Below are positions 40,411-51,239 of a stretch of 64,000 nt of DNA, one piece after another (the first letter of the stretch is position 1; each line of letters opens with the position of its first letter). The stretch comes from an uncultured virus (IMG/VR IMGVR_UViG_2049941000_000043) (Duplodnaviria > Heunggongvirae > Uroviricota > Caudoviricetes). Below the pieces are notes generated by a model. The model was not told where the DNA came from. It ran no database searches and saw only the letters and a list, made by a program, of their open reading frames with translations. Location of the stretch: IMG/VR virus record IMGVR_UViG_2049941000_000043. One strand, 5' to 3'. The translations under genes and the position numbers were made by a program.

Positions 40411-40878
40411 ATGGCAGAAACTGTGAATCAGGAACAGGAAACGGAAAAGACCTTCACCCAGGCTGAGCTGAACGCCATCGTGGCGGACAGGCTGAGCAGA
40501 GAACGGGGCAAGTATGCGGACTACGAAGAGCTGAAAGCCAAGGCCGCACAATTCGACGCCGCGCAGGAGGCGGGAAAAACAGAACTGCAGAAAGCTCAGG
40601 AGCTGGCCAGCCAGTACAAGGCACAGCTCGATGAGATGGCGAAAGCGACCGCCGCACGGGACGCCCGTGACAAGGTGGCCGCAGAAACCGGCGTGCCGGC
40701 ATCCCTGCTGACAGGGGAGACGGAAGAAGCCTGCAAGGTTCAGGCCGAAGCGATCCTCAAGTTCAAGGGAACGGCCGCACCCTATCCCGACACCCACGAC
40801 GGAGGAGAGCATCACGCTCCCGTCGGTGGGTCGACCCGTGACCAGTTCAAAGACTGGTACGAGGCAAACATCAAATAG
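40411..40878 (+). CDS. Capsid scaffolding protein
   Basis: KTFTQAELNAIVADRLSRE, KYADYEELKAKA. Confidence 0.85.
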   Translation: MAETVNQEQETEKTFTQAELNAIVADRLSRERGKYADYEELKAKAAQFDAAQEAGKTELQKAQELASQYKAQLDEMAKATAARDARDKVAAETGVPASLLTGETEEACKVQAEAILKFKGTAAPYPDTHDGGEHHAPVGGSTRDQFKDWYEANIK

Positions 40879-40892
40879 AAGGAGATTTGAAA

Positions 40893-41804
40893 ATGGCTGA
40901 CATCAACAGAACCACCAATTCCATGGCGCTGCCTTCCGACATCGCCAGCGAGATCCTGCAGAAGATCAAACAGGACTCCGCCATCATGAGACTGGCTCAT
41001 CACATCCCTCTGCCCGGCCGTGGCGTGACGATCCCTGTGATCACCAACGACCCCAGCGCCGCGTGGGTCAGCGAGACCGCCGCGAAGCCCGTCAGCAACG
41101 CCACCCCGGCGACCAAGCTGATGCAGGCGTTCAAGATCGCCGTCATCGAGACCTTCTCCAAGGAGTTCGTCCGTGACATCCCCGGGCTCTACGATGCTCT
41201 CGTGGAGCGTCTGCCGTCCGCTCTGGCCGGCGTGTTCGACAGCACCGTCGTCGGGGCCACCAACGCTCCCTCTGCGAGCAACTTCGACACCTTCGCGAAC
41301 TGCACGAAGGTGAGCATCCTCAACGCCAACAACGGCACTTATCTCGGCATCGTTACGGCCGACGCCAACATCGCTGCACAGGGTGGCGTCATGGACGGCC
41401 TCGCTCTGGGTGCTCAGGGCCGTGGCCTGCTGCTGACCGCCGTCGATGGTGATGGCCGTCCCCTGTTCCTGGCATCCGCGACCGAAGGCGTCGTGGACAG
41501 AGTCCTCGGCGTTCCCGTGGCGATCAACAAGAACATCTACAAGGCAGGAACGGCCGGCTCTTCCGGCACGCCCGCTGTGGTCGGCGTCGCCGGCGACTGG
41601 AGCAAGGCCTTCTTCGGAACGGTCAACGGCGTGGAGATCTCCGTCTCCGACACCGCGACCCTCACCGTCGGAAGCGGCACCAGCGCCACCCAGATCAACC
41701 TGTGGCAGCAGAACATGGTCGCCGTCCGTGCGGAGATCGAGGTCGGCTTCCGCGCTGACACCGACTGCTTCAACCTGCTGACCGGAGCGATCCCGACCAC
41801 CTGA
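40893..41804 (+). CDS. Major capsid protein (HK97 fold)
   Basis: AAWVSET..KP, DGDGRPLF, GDWS, NLWQQNMVAVRAE. Confidence 0.92.
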   Translation: MADINRTTNSMALPSDIASEILQKIKQDSAIMRLAHHIPLPGRGVTIPVITNDPSAAWVSETAAKPVSNATPATKLMQAFKIAVIETFSKEFVRDIPGLYDALVERLPSALAGVFDSTVVGATNAPSASNFDTFANCTKVSILNANNGTYLGIVTADANIAAQGGVMDGLALGAQGRGLLLTAVDGDGRPLFLASATEGVVDRVLGVPVAINKNIYKAGTAGSSGTPAVVGVAGDWSKAFFGTVNGVEISVSDTATLTVGSGTSATQINLWQQNMVAVRAEIEVGFRADTDCFNLLTGAIPTT

Positions 41805-41920
41805 TGAAGCACGTCACAATGATCCATAACGTGACGGGAGTCCGCATGGAAGTCCCGGAGGATCTTGTGGAGAAGTACAAAGCGGCCGGACACGCTCCGG
41901 CCGCTGAGGCTCCCAAGAAG
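41804..41920 (+). CDS. Small head-associated protein (end in gap)
   Basis: MKHVTMIHNVTGVRMEVPEDLVEKYKAAGH. Confidence 0.5.
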
Positions 41921-42019
41921 NNNNNNNNNNNNNNNNNNNNNNNNNNNNNNNNNNNNNNNNNNNNNNNNNNNNNNNNNNNNNNNNNNNNNNNNNNCCACGA
42001 AGAAAAAGGAGTCCTGATC

Positions 42020-42421
42020 ATGAGCTATGCGACAGTAGAAGACGTTCAGGCGAGGATGACCAGGACGCTCAGCGAAGGAGAAGCGACACAGTGCGAAGTG
42101 CTGCTCGAAGATGCAGCAGTCATGATCGACACTGCCGCACCGTGGGCGTCTACGGACGCAGCGAAGATCGTCAGCTGCCGCATGGTCATACGAGTGCTGG
42201 ACAGCAGCATGGAACTCGGAGTCCCGGTCGGAGCTACGCAGGGCAGCCAGGCGGCTCTCGGATACAGCCAGTCCTGGACGTTCGGCTCCGGAGCAAACGG
42301 CGAGCTCTATCTGTCGAAGGCTGAGAAACGACTGCTCGGCCTCGGAGACAAGATCGGAGCTGGCAACCCGCTCGAGAGGGGGTGGCCGCATGCTGAGGGG
42401 ACGAACTGTAACACTCTATGA
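42020..42421 (+). CDS. Head-tail adaptor
   Basis: YATVEDV, LLEDA, GELYLSKAEKRLLG. Confidence 0.8.
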   Translation: MSYATVEDVQARMTRTLSEGEATQCEVLLEDAAVMIDTAAPWASTDAAKIVSCRMVIRVLDSSMELGVPVGATQGSQAALGYSQSWTFGSGANGELYLSKAEKRLLGLGDKIGAGNPLERGWPHAEGTNCNTL

Positions 42422-42731
42422 GCGCACGCAGACCGGCACGGACAGCTTCAACCGGCCGACCTATACAGAGATACCGGTTGAAGTCGGAAACGTGCTGATC
42501 GCGCCCGTGAGCACCGAGGACGTCATCTCTGAGATGAACCTCACCGGCAAGCGGGCCGTGTATCAGCTGGGCATCCCGAAGGGAGACTCACACAACTGGG
42601 TGAACGCCCATGTGAGCTTCTTCGGCGAAGACTGGCGTACCATCGGTTATCCGGAGGAAGGCCAGGAGGAGCTGATTCCGCTCAGCTGGAACAGGAAGGT
42701 CAAGGTGGAGAGGTTCAATGGCGAAGACTAA
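42390..42731 (+). CDS. Head closure protein
   Basis: GTDSFNRP, IPKGD; position. Confidence 0.7.
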   Translation: MLRGRTVTLYERTQTGTDSFNRPTYTEIPVEVGNVLIAPVSTEDVISEMNLTGKRAVYQLGIPKGDSHNWVNAHVSFFGEDWRTIGYPEEGQEELIPLSWNRKVKVERFNGED

Positions 42732-42954
42732 GATCGAGCTCATCTCCGCCGGAGTGCGGGCCATGCTCCGCAGTGCAGAGATGCAGAGCCTCCTCGCTGA
42801 GCGGGCCTCGGAAATCGCCAGCGCCGCCGGTGACGGATACGAGACCGACATCTATGTCGGACGGAACCGTGCGAACGCCGGCGTCTTTGCCTCGACAGAC
42901 GAGGCCATGAGGGACAACCTCAAAAACAATTCACTACTTAAGGCGGTGAGATAA
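42718..42954 (+). CDS. Neck protein
   Basis: GVRAMLRS...NLKNNSLLKAV. Confidence 0.7.
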   Translation: MAKTKIELISAGVRAMLRSAEMQSLLAERASEIASAAGDGYETDIYVGRNRANAGVFASTDEAMRDNLKNNSLLKAVR

Positions 42955-43287
42955 GTGATCGAGCTGACAGTTCTGCACTACCTGGAGTCTCAGCTGGACG
43001 TCCCCGTGTACATGGAGATGCCGGAGGAGATGCCGGGTAGTTTTGTTCTATTGGAGAAGACCGGCTCAGGCCGGGACAACAGGATCGATAGAGCAACCTT
43101 CGCGATCCAGTCTTACTCGCCGTCAATGGCGGGGGCAGCTGAGCTGAACGAGACAGTGAAAGCGGCGATGGACACCATGGCCGACACGGAGAACGTGTTC
43201 AGAGCAAGGCTGAACTCCGATTACAACTACACGGACACATCCGTGAAACGGTACCGCTACCAGGCGGTGTACGATCTGACATACTAA
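42955..43287 (+). CDS. Tail terminator
   Basis: EKTGS, FAIQSY, YRYQAVYD. Confidence 0.75.
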   Translation: MIELTVLHYLESQLDVPVYMEMPEEMPGSFVLLEKTGSGRDNRIDRATFAIQSYSPSMAGAAELNETVKAAMDTMADTENVFRARLNSDYNYTDTSVKRYRYQAVYDLTY

Positions 43288-43300
43288 GGAGGAAAAACAC

Positions 43301-43852
43301 ATGGCACAGACTGTTGCTAACGTCAGCGCCGCGAAGCCTGCTGTCGGCGGTGCTGTTTCCGTGGGCGCTACCACGGCGACTCTCCCGACCTCGACCGGCG
43401 GGACGCTGACCGGCTTCACCGCTCTCGGATACATCTCCGAGGACGGCCTGACGAACAACAACACGCCGGAGAACGATGAGATCAAGGCGTGGGGCGGCGA
43501 TACCGTCCTCAACCTGATGACCGGCAAGACCGACACCTTCACGTTCACCCTGATTGAGGCCCTGAACATCGAAGTGCTGAAGGTCGTTTTCGGCGCGAGC
43601 AACGTGACCGGCACGTCCCTGTCCAGTGGCTACACCGTGAACGCCAAGGCTGCCGAGCCTGAAGCGCACGCATGGGTCATCGACATGGTGCTCCGGAACA
43701 ACGTGGCGAAGCGGGTCGTGATCCCGAACGGGTCGATCTCCGAGATCGGCGAAGTGACCTATGCTGACGGTGAAGCCATCGGCTACGAGATCACCGTGAC
43801 CGCGTTCCCCAACAGCTCCGGCGTTACTCATTACGAGTACATCAAGGGCTAA
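43301..43852 (+). CDS. Major tail protein
   Basis: LGYISEDGL, IKAWGGDTV, GYEITVTA. Confidence 0.88.
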   Translation: MAQTVANVSAAKPAVGGAVSVGATTATLPTSTGGTLTGFTALGYISEDGLTNNNTPENDEIKAWGGDTVLNLMTGKTDTFTFTLIEALNIEVLKVVFGASNVTGTSLSSGYTVNAKAAEPEAHAWVIDMVLRNNVAKRVVIPNGSISEIGEVTYADGEAIGYEITVTAFPNSSGVTHYEYIKG

Positions 43853-43865
43853 GGAGGAGTAAGTC

Positions 43866-44123
43866 ATGACGCTGACCAACGGATTCGAGCTGACGGTCGA
43901 TGAGAACGCTCTGCACGACTGGGAAGTCGTGGAGACGATCTGCGAGATCGACAACGGGAACTCCACGAAGCTGCCGGCCCTGTTCAACGCCATCCTCGGC
44001 GAAGAGCAGAAAAAGGCACTCGTGGCCTACCAGAGAGAGAAGACCGGAGCCTGCACAGTCGAAGACATGAGCGGGTTCCTGGTGGAGATCTTCAACGCCC
44101 TCAAGACAGCCGAAAAAAAATAA
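43866..44123 (+). CDS. Tail assembly chaperone (gpG-like)
   Basis: Ends GAA AAA AAA TAA: slippery A AAA AAA at 44114-44120. Confidence 0.8.
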   Translation: MTLTNGFELTVDENALHDWEVVETICEIDNGNSTKLPALFNAILGEEQKKALVAYQREKTGACTVEDMSGFLVEIFNALKTAEKK

Positions 44124-44500
44124 TCGCCCTTGCGGGCATGATCACGACCGACGATGACTCGCTGGTCTGCGACATGGCGGAGACTTACCGCATCTATGAC
44201 TATCGAGCACTGCCACCCGGAAGGGCCGCAGTGCTCGCTTGCGGTCTGCGGGATGACTCCAGGATCAAGATGAAGCTCCAGGAAATGAGCGTGCCGCTTG
44301 ACACGCTGTTCCTGGCGGCCATAGCGGACAGGCTGGGACTCCAACTGTGGGCGAACAGTAAAGACGCCAGACACAACAGGAACCGGCCGGAAAGCATCGC
44401 GGAGAAGCTACTGCAAGGGCATGAAGAAGACAAGGTAAACGCATATAGATCGGCGGCAGACTTTGACGCCGAATTTTCAAGACTTACCGGAGGTGAGTAA
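44120..44500 (+). CDS. Tail assembly chaperone extension (DUF5361-like), -1 frame
   Basis: Open in the -1 frame from the slippery run; CDMAETY..YDYRALP, GLRDDSRIK. Confidence 0.75.
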   Translation: MIALAGMITTDDDSLVCDMAETYRIYDYRALPPGRAAVLACGLRDDSRIKMKLQEMSVPLDTLFLAAIADRLGLQLWANSKDARHNRNRPESIAEKLLQGHEEDKVNAYRSAADFDAEFSRLTGGE

Positions 44501-46444
44501 GTGGCTACAGAATTGGCGAAAGCGTATGTGCAGATCGTCCCGTCTGCTCAGGGCATTAAGGGTAAGATCGGCGAGGCGCTTGGAGACGAGCCAGAAAAAG
44601 CCGGTAAGGAAGCCGGAGAAAAATCCGGGCATAGTTTCGGAAAAGCAATCAAGACGATCATCATCGCGGCCGGCATTGGGAAGGTCATCAAGTCGGCCAT
44701 CTCGGAGGGAGCGAACTACGAGCAGCTGGTCGGCGGTATTGAGACCATGTTCGAGGACCTAACGTATGACGTCCAGCAGAATGCGGCAAATGCATACAAG
44801 ACGGCCGGCCTGAGCGCGAACGAGTACATGGAGACGGTCATGGGCTTCTCCGCTGCATTGAACGCCTCCCTGACGAAGACAGAGGGGCACATCGGAAGAG
44901 CGGCAGATCTATCCGACCAGATCATCGTCGACATGGCAGACAACGCGAACAAGATGGGCTCCTCGATGGAGAGCATCCAGAACGCCTACTCTGGATTCGC
45001 GAAGCAGAACTACACCATGCTCGACAACCTCAAGCTCGGATACGGCGGCACGAGGGAAGAGATGGTCAGGCTCCTGGAGGACGCCTCGAAGCTCTCCGGC
45101 GTCAAGTACGACATCTCGAACTTCTCCGACGTGGCGGAAGCCATCCACGTCATCCAGACGGAGATGGGCATCACCGGCACGACGGCAGAGGAAGCGGCGA
45201 GCACGGTATCCGGCTCCCTGGCATCCATGAAGTCCTCGTGGACGAATCTGCTCACAGCCATGACCACAGGAGAGGACATCTCCGGCGTGATCCAGAGCTT
45301 CACAGAGTCCGTGCTTGGATTCGCCGGTAATATCGTCCCGATGCTCCAGACGGTCCTGACGAACCTGATCCCGGCGGTTGGAGAGATCCTCACGCAGTTG
45401 GCACCGATGCTCGTCACGGACATCCTGCCGGTGCTTCTGAGCACGATGGTGACACTGGCCCAGCAGCTGGCGGGGATGCTTCCGGCAATCATCCCGATCG
45501 TCGTGCAGACGGCGGTCGACCTGGTCAACGCTCTGGCAGCCGCCCTGCCGGAGATCCTGCCAGCGGTGATTCCACCCATCATCCAAGGCATCGTAGACAT
45601 CGGCATCGCGCTGATCAAGAATCTTCCACTTTTGCTGTCGGCGATCTGGGAGTGCATAAAGGTGATAGCGGTAACGCTGTACGAACTTCTCAGTGGCCTG
45701 TGGAAGGACACGATCTGGCCGTGGCTGAGCGGGACATTTTCGTCCATCGGTCAGTGGTTCAGCGGCATCTGGTCAAGCATCGGCCAGTGGTTCAGCAACA
45801 TCATTCAAAAGGTCGTTGGCTTTTTCACGAACATCTGGGTCAAGTACAACGAGATCCGCTCGAACGTGCTGAACGCGGTCGGACAGTTCTTCTCGAACAT
45901 CTGGCAGTCCATCTCCCAGTGGTTCACGAAGATCATCCAGAAGGTGGTCACATTTGTAACGAGCATCCCGCAGAAGATCCGCGAAGGATTTGCCAAGGTC
46001 ACGCAGGCCGGCTTGGATCTGGTCAAGGGCCTGTGGAACGGTATCTCCAACGCTACGCAGTGGGTGCTCGATAAGATAAAGGGCTTCGGAAAGTCCATTC
46101 TGAACGGCATCAAGAAGATCTTCGGCATCGGTTCTCCTTCCAAGGAGATGGCCTACTTCGGAGAGATGCTGGACGCCGGCCTTGCCAAAGGTATCGAGGG
46201 GAACACGAGGCCCATCACCAACGCCATTGATGACATCACATCAATGACCACGCGGGGCTTCAGCTCCGAGCTGGGCGTGCACAGCGACTTCCTGGTGGGC
46301 GGCACCAACAGCAGAGGCAACAGCACCTACGACATCAGCATCACCGTGAACGGATCGCCCGGCCAGGATGTGGACGAGCTGGCGACAGCGGTCGCAGAGC
46401 GGCTGTCCTTTGAGATCCAGCGGAGGGAGGCTGCACTGGCATGA
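44501..46444 (+). CDS. Tape measure protein
   Basis: ELAKAYVQIVPSA start, QNYTMLDNLKLGYGGT, 11-aa Trp/Phe repeats, GIGSPSK. Confidence 0.92.
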   Translation: MATELAKAYVQIVPSAQGIKGKIGEALGDEPEKAGKEAGEKSGHSFGKAIKTIIIAAGIGKVIKSAISEGANYEQLVGGIETMFEDLTYDVQQNAANAYKTAGLSANEYMETVMGFSAALNASLTKTEGHIGRAADLSDQIIVDMADNANKMGSSMESIQNAYSGFAKQNYTMLDNLKLGYGGTREEMVRLLEDASKLSGVKYDISNFSDVAEAIHVIQTEMGITGTTAEEAASTVSGSLASMKSSWTNLLTAMTTGEDISGVIQSFTESVLGFAGNIVPMLQTVLTNLIPAVGEILTQLAPMLVTDILPVLLSTMVTLAQQLAGMLPAIIPIVVQTAVDLVNALAAALPEILPAVIPPIIQGIVDIGIALIKNLPLLLSAIWECIKVIAVTLYELLSGLWKDTIWPWLSGTFSSIGQWFSGIWSSIGQWFSNIIQKVVGFFTNIWVKYNEIRSNVLNAVGQFFSNIWQSISQWFTKIIQKVVTFVTSIPQKIREGFAKVTQAGLDLVKGLWNGISNATQWVLDKIKGFGKSILNGIKKIFGIGSPSKEMAYFGEMLDAGLAKGIEGNTRPITNAIDDITSMTTRGFSSELGVHSDFLVGGTNSRGNSTYDISITVNGSPGQDVDELATAVAERLSFEIQRREAALA

Positions 46445-47175
46445 ACGGATACTTTGTTTTTGACGATATAGACACAAGAGACTACGACGTGATCATCCTG
46501 GGCGGCGAAACTTTCAGAGCGCCGGAGAGAGACGTCGACGTCATTGAGATACCAGGAAGGAACGGAACGCTGACGCTGGACAACGGAAGATACATCAACG
46601 TCCCGATCAAGTACCAGGGGTTCATGTGGGGCAACTTCGCTCCCGACTTCGGAGCGTTCAAGGCAGCGATGCTGTCAAAGCTCGGATACCTGGTACTCCG
46701 GGACAGCTATCACTCGGACGGCTTCCGGCTGGCAAGATTTGCAGAAGGCTTTGAACCACAGCAGGGCGTGCAGAACCAGTCCGGGGCCTTTGAAATACTT
46801 TTTGACTGCTATCCTCAGTTCTACCTTGACAGCGGCCAGAGCTACACCACCGTCGCAAACAACGGCACGATCAGCAACCCGACGAAGTTCAATGCTCTCC
46901 CGCTGATCCAGATCGCCTTCTCCTCCACAACGAGGAACGGAACGGTGACGGTGAACGGAAGGACGATAACCATCACCGGCGCGGAAGGAACTCCTCTGTA
47001 CATCGACTGCGAGACGCAGAACGCATACAGAATATCCTCCAACGTGAAGCTGAGCCAGAACGGAAAGATCACTCTGGACAGTGACTTCCCCTTCCTGAAG
47101 CCGGGGAGCAATACGGTGGCATACACCGGAAACATCTCCAGCGTACAGATCATGCCGAGGTGGTGGACGCTATGA
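46441..47175 (+). CDS. Distal tail protein
   Basis: IPGRNGTL, FDCYP, FPFLKPGSN, PRWW. Confidence 0.85.
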   Translation: MNGYFVFDDIDTRDYDVIILGGETFRAPERDVDVIEIPGRNGTLTLDNGRYINVPIKYQGFMWGNFAPDFGAFKAAMLSKLGYLVLRDSYHSDGFRLARFAEGFEPQQGVQNQSGAFEILFDCYPQFYLDSGQSYTTVANNGTISNPTKFNALPLIQIAFSSTTRNGTVTVNGRTITITGAEGTPLYIDCETQNAYRISSNVKLSQNGKITLDSDFPFLKPGSNTVAYTGNISSVQIMPRWWTL

Positions 47176-48884
47176 CCCCTGCACTGTTTGCAGACGGACT
47201 GACCACCGCCCCGGCCTCCGGATCTATCGGGATAGGAAGGCTTTCAGACTGTATCTCCTGCAAGGTAGAGCGGGAAATCAACGGGATGTACGAACTGACC
47301 ATGCAGTATCCTCGGAGCGGTCAGTTCTACGACTCCATCGCGCTCCGGTCACTCCTGCTGGTTGAGCCTGATCAGATAACCGGCCCGCAACTGTTCCGGG
47401 TGTACCGGATAGGCAAGCCCATGAAGGGCATCGTAACAATAAACGCCCGCCACATCTCCTATGACATGGCGGGCTATGTTGTTGAACCGTTCACGGCGCT
47501 GTCCATAGCAACGGCGTTGAGCGGCATCACAGACCACGCCACGCCAGAGTGCCCGTTCTCGTTTTCCACGACCAGGGACACTGCTGCTACGTTCAACGTG
47601 AGGCACCCGGATGCCATCTGGTCGCTCATGGCCGGGCAGGAAGGCTCCCTGCTGGATGTATTCGGCGGCGAGTACGACTTCGATAACTTCTCCGTCACGC
47701 TGGAGAACCATCTCGGAACAGACCGGGGCGTGACCATCCGCTACGGAAAGAACCTCAAGGACCTGAAGCAGGAGGAGAACTGTGCGGCGGTCTATACCGA
47801 TGTATTTCCATACTACTACGACATCACGAACGGCATCCTCGTGACCCTGCCGGAGAAGACGATAGAGGTCGGCGTGACCACGGCCTACGACCGGGTGCTC
47901 TCGCTGGATCTGACGGACAGATTCCAGGAACCGCCGACGGAGGACTCCCTCCGGACTGCGGCGGAGAACTACATCGCCACGAACAACCTCGGCGTCCCGG
48001 AGGTCAGCCTCACCGTCAACTTCGTCCCGCTGTGGCAGACAGAGGAATACAAGGATGTCGGCCTACTGGAGTCCGTGCAGCTGGGAGACACCGTGACAGT
48101 GCAGTTTCCAGAGCTTGGCGTGGATGCTACCGCGAGAGCCGTGGCGTTCGTCTATGACTGCCTGAAGGAAAGATACGAATCAGTCACACTCGGCAGAGTG
48201 AAAACGAGCCTGGCGGCCATCGTGGCGGCTCAGGCAAAGGAAATAGAAGACAAGCCCACCGCCAGCCTGGTCGAGCAGATAAGCACCATGCTGTCGCAGG
48301 CCATGATGGGCGTGCACGGGGGAGCTGTGAGACTGGTAGATACGAACGGCGACGGGATGCCGGACGAGCTGTACATAGCAGACTCACCGAACCCGGAGGA
48401 GGCCGTCATCGTCTGGCGGTTCAATTACCTGGGCTGGGCGGTATCCCAGAGCGGATACAACGGCGACTATGTCATGGGCGCGACCCTGCAGGACGGCCTG
48501 CTGGCAAACTTCGTCACAGCGGCGCACCTGCGAGCCGGCACTATCCAGTCGGCTGACGGCGAGTCGTTCAACTTGGATTTGGACAACGGCATCCTTGAGA
48601 TGAACGCCCAGTATTTTGCGCTGAACGGGAACAACCTGGACGATTATTTTCACATCTCGTTCGAGGGCGGCTCTCCGGTCGTTCGCATCGGCTCAAGTTC
48701 CAACGGCATCGTGCTGAAGCAGATGAGCGACCGCATCTCGTTCTGCGACACCGGCGGAAATGAACTCGCCTATTGGAACAACAACAGCTTCCGACTCACG
48801 GAACTGCAGTCCTTCCAGCTGGGCAACCTCGAACTGGTCAGCCAGCCGAACGGCTCTGTGAGCTTCGTCAAGGCATCATCGTAA
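47172..48884 (+). CDS. Tail spike/Tal (prophage endopeptidase family)
   Basis: INGMYELTMQYP, QLFRVY, RGVTIRYGKNL, VQLGDTV. Confidence 0.85.
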   Translation: MTPALFADGLTTAPASGSIGIGRLSDCISCKVEREINGMYELTMQYPRSGQFYDSIALRSLLLVEPDQITGPQLFRVYRIGKPMKGIVTINARHISYDMAGYVVEPFTALSIATALSGITDHATPECPFSFSTTRDTAATFNVRHPDAIWSLMAGQEGSLLDVFGGEYDFDNFSVTLENHLGTDRGVTIRYGKNLKDLKQEENCAAVYTDVFPYYYDITNGILVTLPEKTIEVGVTTAYDRVLSLDLTDRFQEPPTEDSLRTAAENYIATNNLGVPEVSLTVNFVPLWQTEEYKDVGLLESVQLGDTVTVQFPELGVDATARAVAFVYDCLKERYESVTLGRVKTSLAAIVAAQAKEIEDKPTASLVEQISTMLSQAMMGVHGGAVRLVDTNGDGMPDELYIADSPNPEEAVIVWRFNYLGWAVSQSGYNGDYVMGATLQDGLLANFVTAAHLRAGTIQSADGESFNLDLDNGILEMNAQYFALNGNNLDDYFHISFEGGSPVVRIGSSSNGIVLKQMSDRISFCDTGGNELAYWNNNSFRLTELQSFQLGNLELVSQPNGSVSFVKASS

Positions 48885-48896
48885 GGAGGGAGACAA

Positions 48897-50972
48897 ATGG
48901 CAACACTCGCGACAAGCGTCAGATGGGGGACAGAGACCCCCGCGATATACTTCGATGTCTCCTACACGGCAAGCCGGAGCGGAGCGAACATGGTCTACAC
49001 GGTCAACGTAGACTTCCAGGCTCTGACGAACAACTACGGCAGATACTTCGGATACCCCATTTACCTCGACCTCTCTCTGGACGGCGTGGCGAAGGTCACG
49101 AAGACCACGGTGAAGAACGCATCACCCGGCAACTGGAGCGCGGGACAGGTCTACTACCACTCCTCCTCGTTCAGCGTGGCCAAGACCACCGGCACGACTT
49201 CGCTGGTCATCAAGATCTACTCCGGAGACGGCTCCAGCAGGTCGCAGACGTACACCTACAGCCTCCCGGTATCTCCAGCGGGGTCAGTGCTTTCTCTGCC
49301 GTCGTCTGGGTTCACTATCGGGACAAGCGGTAGTATTTCAATCACACGGTACGACAGCTCATTTACAGACACAGTCGCCTATTCCGTCGGCAGTGCGAGT
49401 GGCACGATCACGACCATCTCAAGCGGAGGATCTACATCGTTCAGCTGGACACCTGCCGTCACTCTGTACTCGCAGATGGGCGGAGCTACGAGCAAGACCG
49501 GCACGATCACCGTCACAACCAAGAGCGGCACGACCACAGTGGGCACGCAGACCTATACATTCACGCTGAATGGCTACGCACCGTCCACGCTGACCTTGCC
49601 GTCTTCGTTCACGGTTGGAACAGCCGGAACAATTCAAATCACGAGGAACAACACATCATTTTATGATTCTATTGTTTATCGAGTTGGAACAGCAGAGGCA
49701 ACGATTCGCGACATTTCCTCTGGCGGCTCTACCTCGTTCTCGTGGACACCGCCCGCTTCTCTGTACTTGCAGATGGTGGGAAAGAGTTCAATAACCGGAT
49801 ATATAGACATATGGACGAGGACATCAAGCAACGGGACAACGGTAGGGGCGAGGACTTACACGTTCACTCTTTACGCCGCGTCCGTGTACAATCCGCCGAC
49901 CCTTTCGTTGTCCTACCAAAGAGGCACGGGGACGGGCAGTGGTTTTGTGGCTTCGGACAACGGGCCGAACATTAAGGTTACGGCTCCCATCACCACCTAC
50001 GGTGGTCAGACCTCAACGTACACGCTCAAATTGGATGGCGTTCAGAAGGACAGCTACGCAGGCTTCACATCCGGCACAAGAGTGACCTATATCGAGAACG
50101 TATCAACGCAGTCATCTCACACGCTCGTGGCAAATCTCGTTGACACTCTCGGAATGACGGCAACTTATACTACCTTTGTCTCTCCGGAAGCCGTGCCGAT
50201 GAATATCAATGTGGATTTGCCCGCCGTCGCGTTCGGGCAGTTGGCGGAAGTGATAAAAGGCGTGACGATCGCCCCGGATTGGTATATGTACAACAACGGA
50301 GTCCCTATGCAGTGGGGGAGCCAGACATCTTTGCCGAATGTCCCGACTTCAGAGCCATACGGGCGGTGGCTTGGCTTCACAATCAATACCGCCAAATATT
50401 ATTTGTATGTTGGCTCGTCAAATGTCCTGTGGGTAGGAACTGACCTCAACGGAACAGGAACAATCACTTGGATAAAGACAGCTATATCTCAAGCCCTTGA
50501 CCTTGGTTCAGGAGATCTGAACAACTACACGAGCTTTGGGTGCTACACGCAGAAGTGGAGTGCCAACGCTACTACGGCAAGGAACTATCCCGTTACTTTA
50601 GCCGGATACCTTGAGGTTATTCCTCTTTCAGACAATGCCTATGTCTTACAACGATACACCGCATATGATTCAAGCAGTATTTGGATTCGTGACTACTATA
50701 ACGGAGCGTGGTCAGCGTGGAACTGTGTGTTTGGGTTAAAGCAACTTGTGAACGAAGACCTTAACAGCGTTACAAATGCCGGTCACTACTATCAAGCACA
50801 GGGGAGCAGAGCGACTACGGCAAACCATTATCCACAGGCCGGGGCGGCAGGATTTATGGAGATTATAAAGGCAACTGATAATTTCTTTATGCAGAGATAC
50901 ACGCTGTACGACGGCACGAAAACGTGGGTGCGGACATACGTCAGCGCATGGAACGCATGGACACAACTATAA
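48897..50972 (+). CDS. Tail fibre/receptor-binding protein with duplicated beta domains and two knob-like repeats
   Basis: Two ISSGGSTSFSWTP repeats; two DLN...YP..AG..E...QRYT...W..W repeats. Confidence 0.8.
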   Translation: MATLATSVRWGTETPAIYFDVSYTASRSGANMVYTVNVDFQALTNNYGRYFGYPIYLDLSLDGVAKVTKTTVKNASPGNWSAGQVYYHSSSFSVAKTTGTTSLVIKIYSGDGSSRSQTYTYSLPVSPAGSVLSLPSSGFTIGTSGSISITRYDSSFTDTVAYSVGSASGTITTISSGGSTSFSWTPAVTLYSQMGGATSKTGTITVTTKSGTTTVGTQTYTFTLNGYAPSTLTLPSSFTVGTAGTIQITRNNTSFYDSIVYRVGTAEATIRDISSGGSTSFSWTPPASLYLQMVGKSSITGYIDIWTRTSSNGTTVGARTYTFTLYAASVYNPPTLSLSYQRGTGTGSGFVASDNGPNIKVTAPITTYGGQTSTYTLKLDGVQKDSYAGFTSGTRVTYIENVSTQSSHTLVANLVDTLGMTATYTTFVSPEAVPMNINVDLPAVAFGQLAEVIKGVTIAPDWYMYNNGVPMQWGSQTSLPNVPTSEPYGRWLGFTINTAKYYLYVGSSNVLWVGTDLNGTGTITWIKTAISQALDLGSGDLNNYTSFGCYTQKWSANATTARNYPVTLAGYLEVIPLSDNAYVLQRYTAYDSSSIWIRDYYNGAWSAWNCVFGLKQLVNEDLNSVTNAGHYYQAQGSRATTANHYPQAGAAGFMEIIKATDNFFMQRYTLYDGTKTWVRTYVSAWNAWTQL

Positions 50973-50985
50973 AGGGGGCGAGTAT

Positions 50986-51237
50986 ATGAACAGCGCAGTC
51001 ATAGCCGCCCTCATCAGCGGAGCGGCGACCATCTTGGTGACCATCATCACCGTCATCTCAACCAACGCGAAGACCAGGAGCGAGATCACCACCAAGCTGG
51101 CGGTCCAGGAACAGAAGATCACAACAATGACCGATGAGGTCAAAAGGCACAATGATTTCGCATCACGCATCCCGGTGATAGAGGAAAGGGTAAACTCCCT
51201 CGATCACCGATTGACAGAACTTGAGAGGGGGCGGTAA
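50986..51237 (+). CDS. Small membrane-anchored coiled-coil protein
   Basis: N-terminal TM segment, VKRHNDFASRIPVIEE. Confidence 0.65.
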   Translation: MNSAVIAALISGAATILVTIITVISTNAKTRSEITTKLAVQEQKITTMTDEVKRHNDFASRIPVIEERVNSLDHRLTELERGR

Positions 51238-51239
51238 CA

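Noticed and set aside
36000..48900. Numerous long minus-strand ORFs
   Set aside because: Shadows of GC-rich plus-strand structural genes with no recognisable motifs
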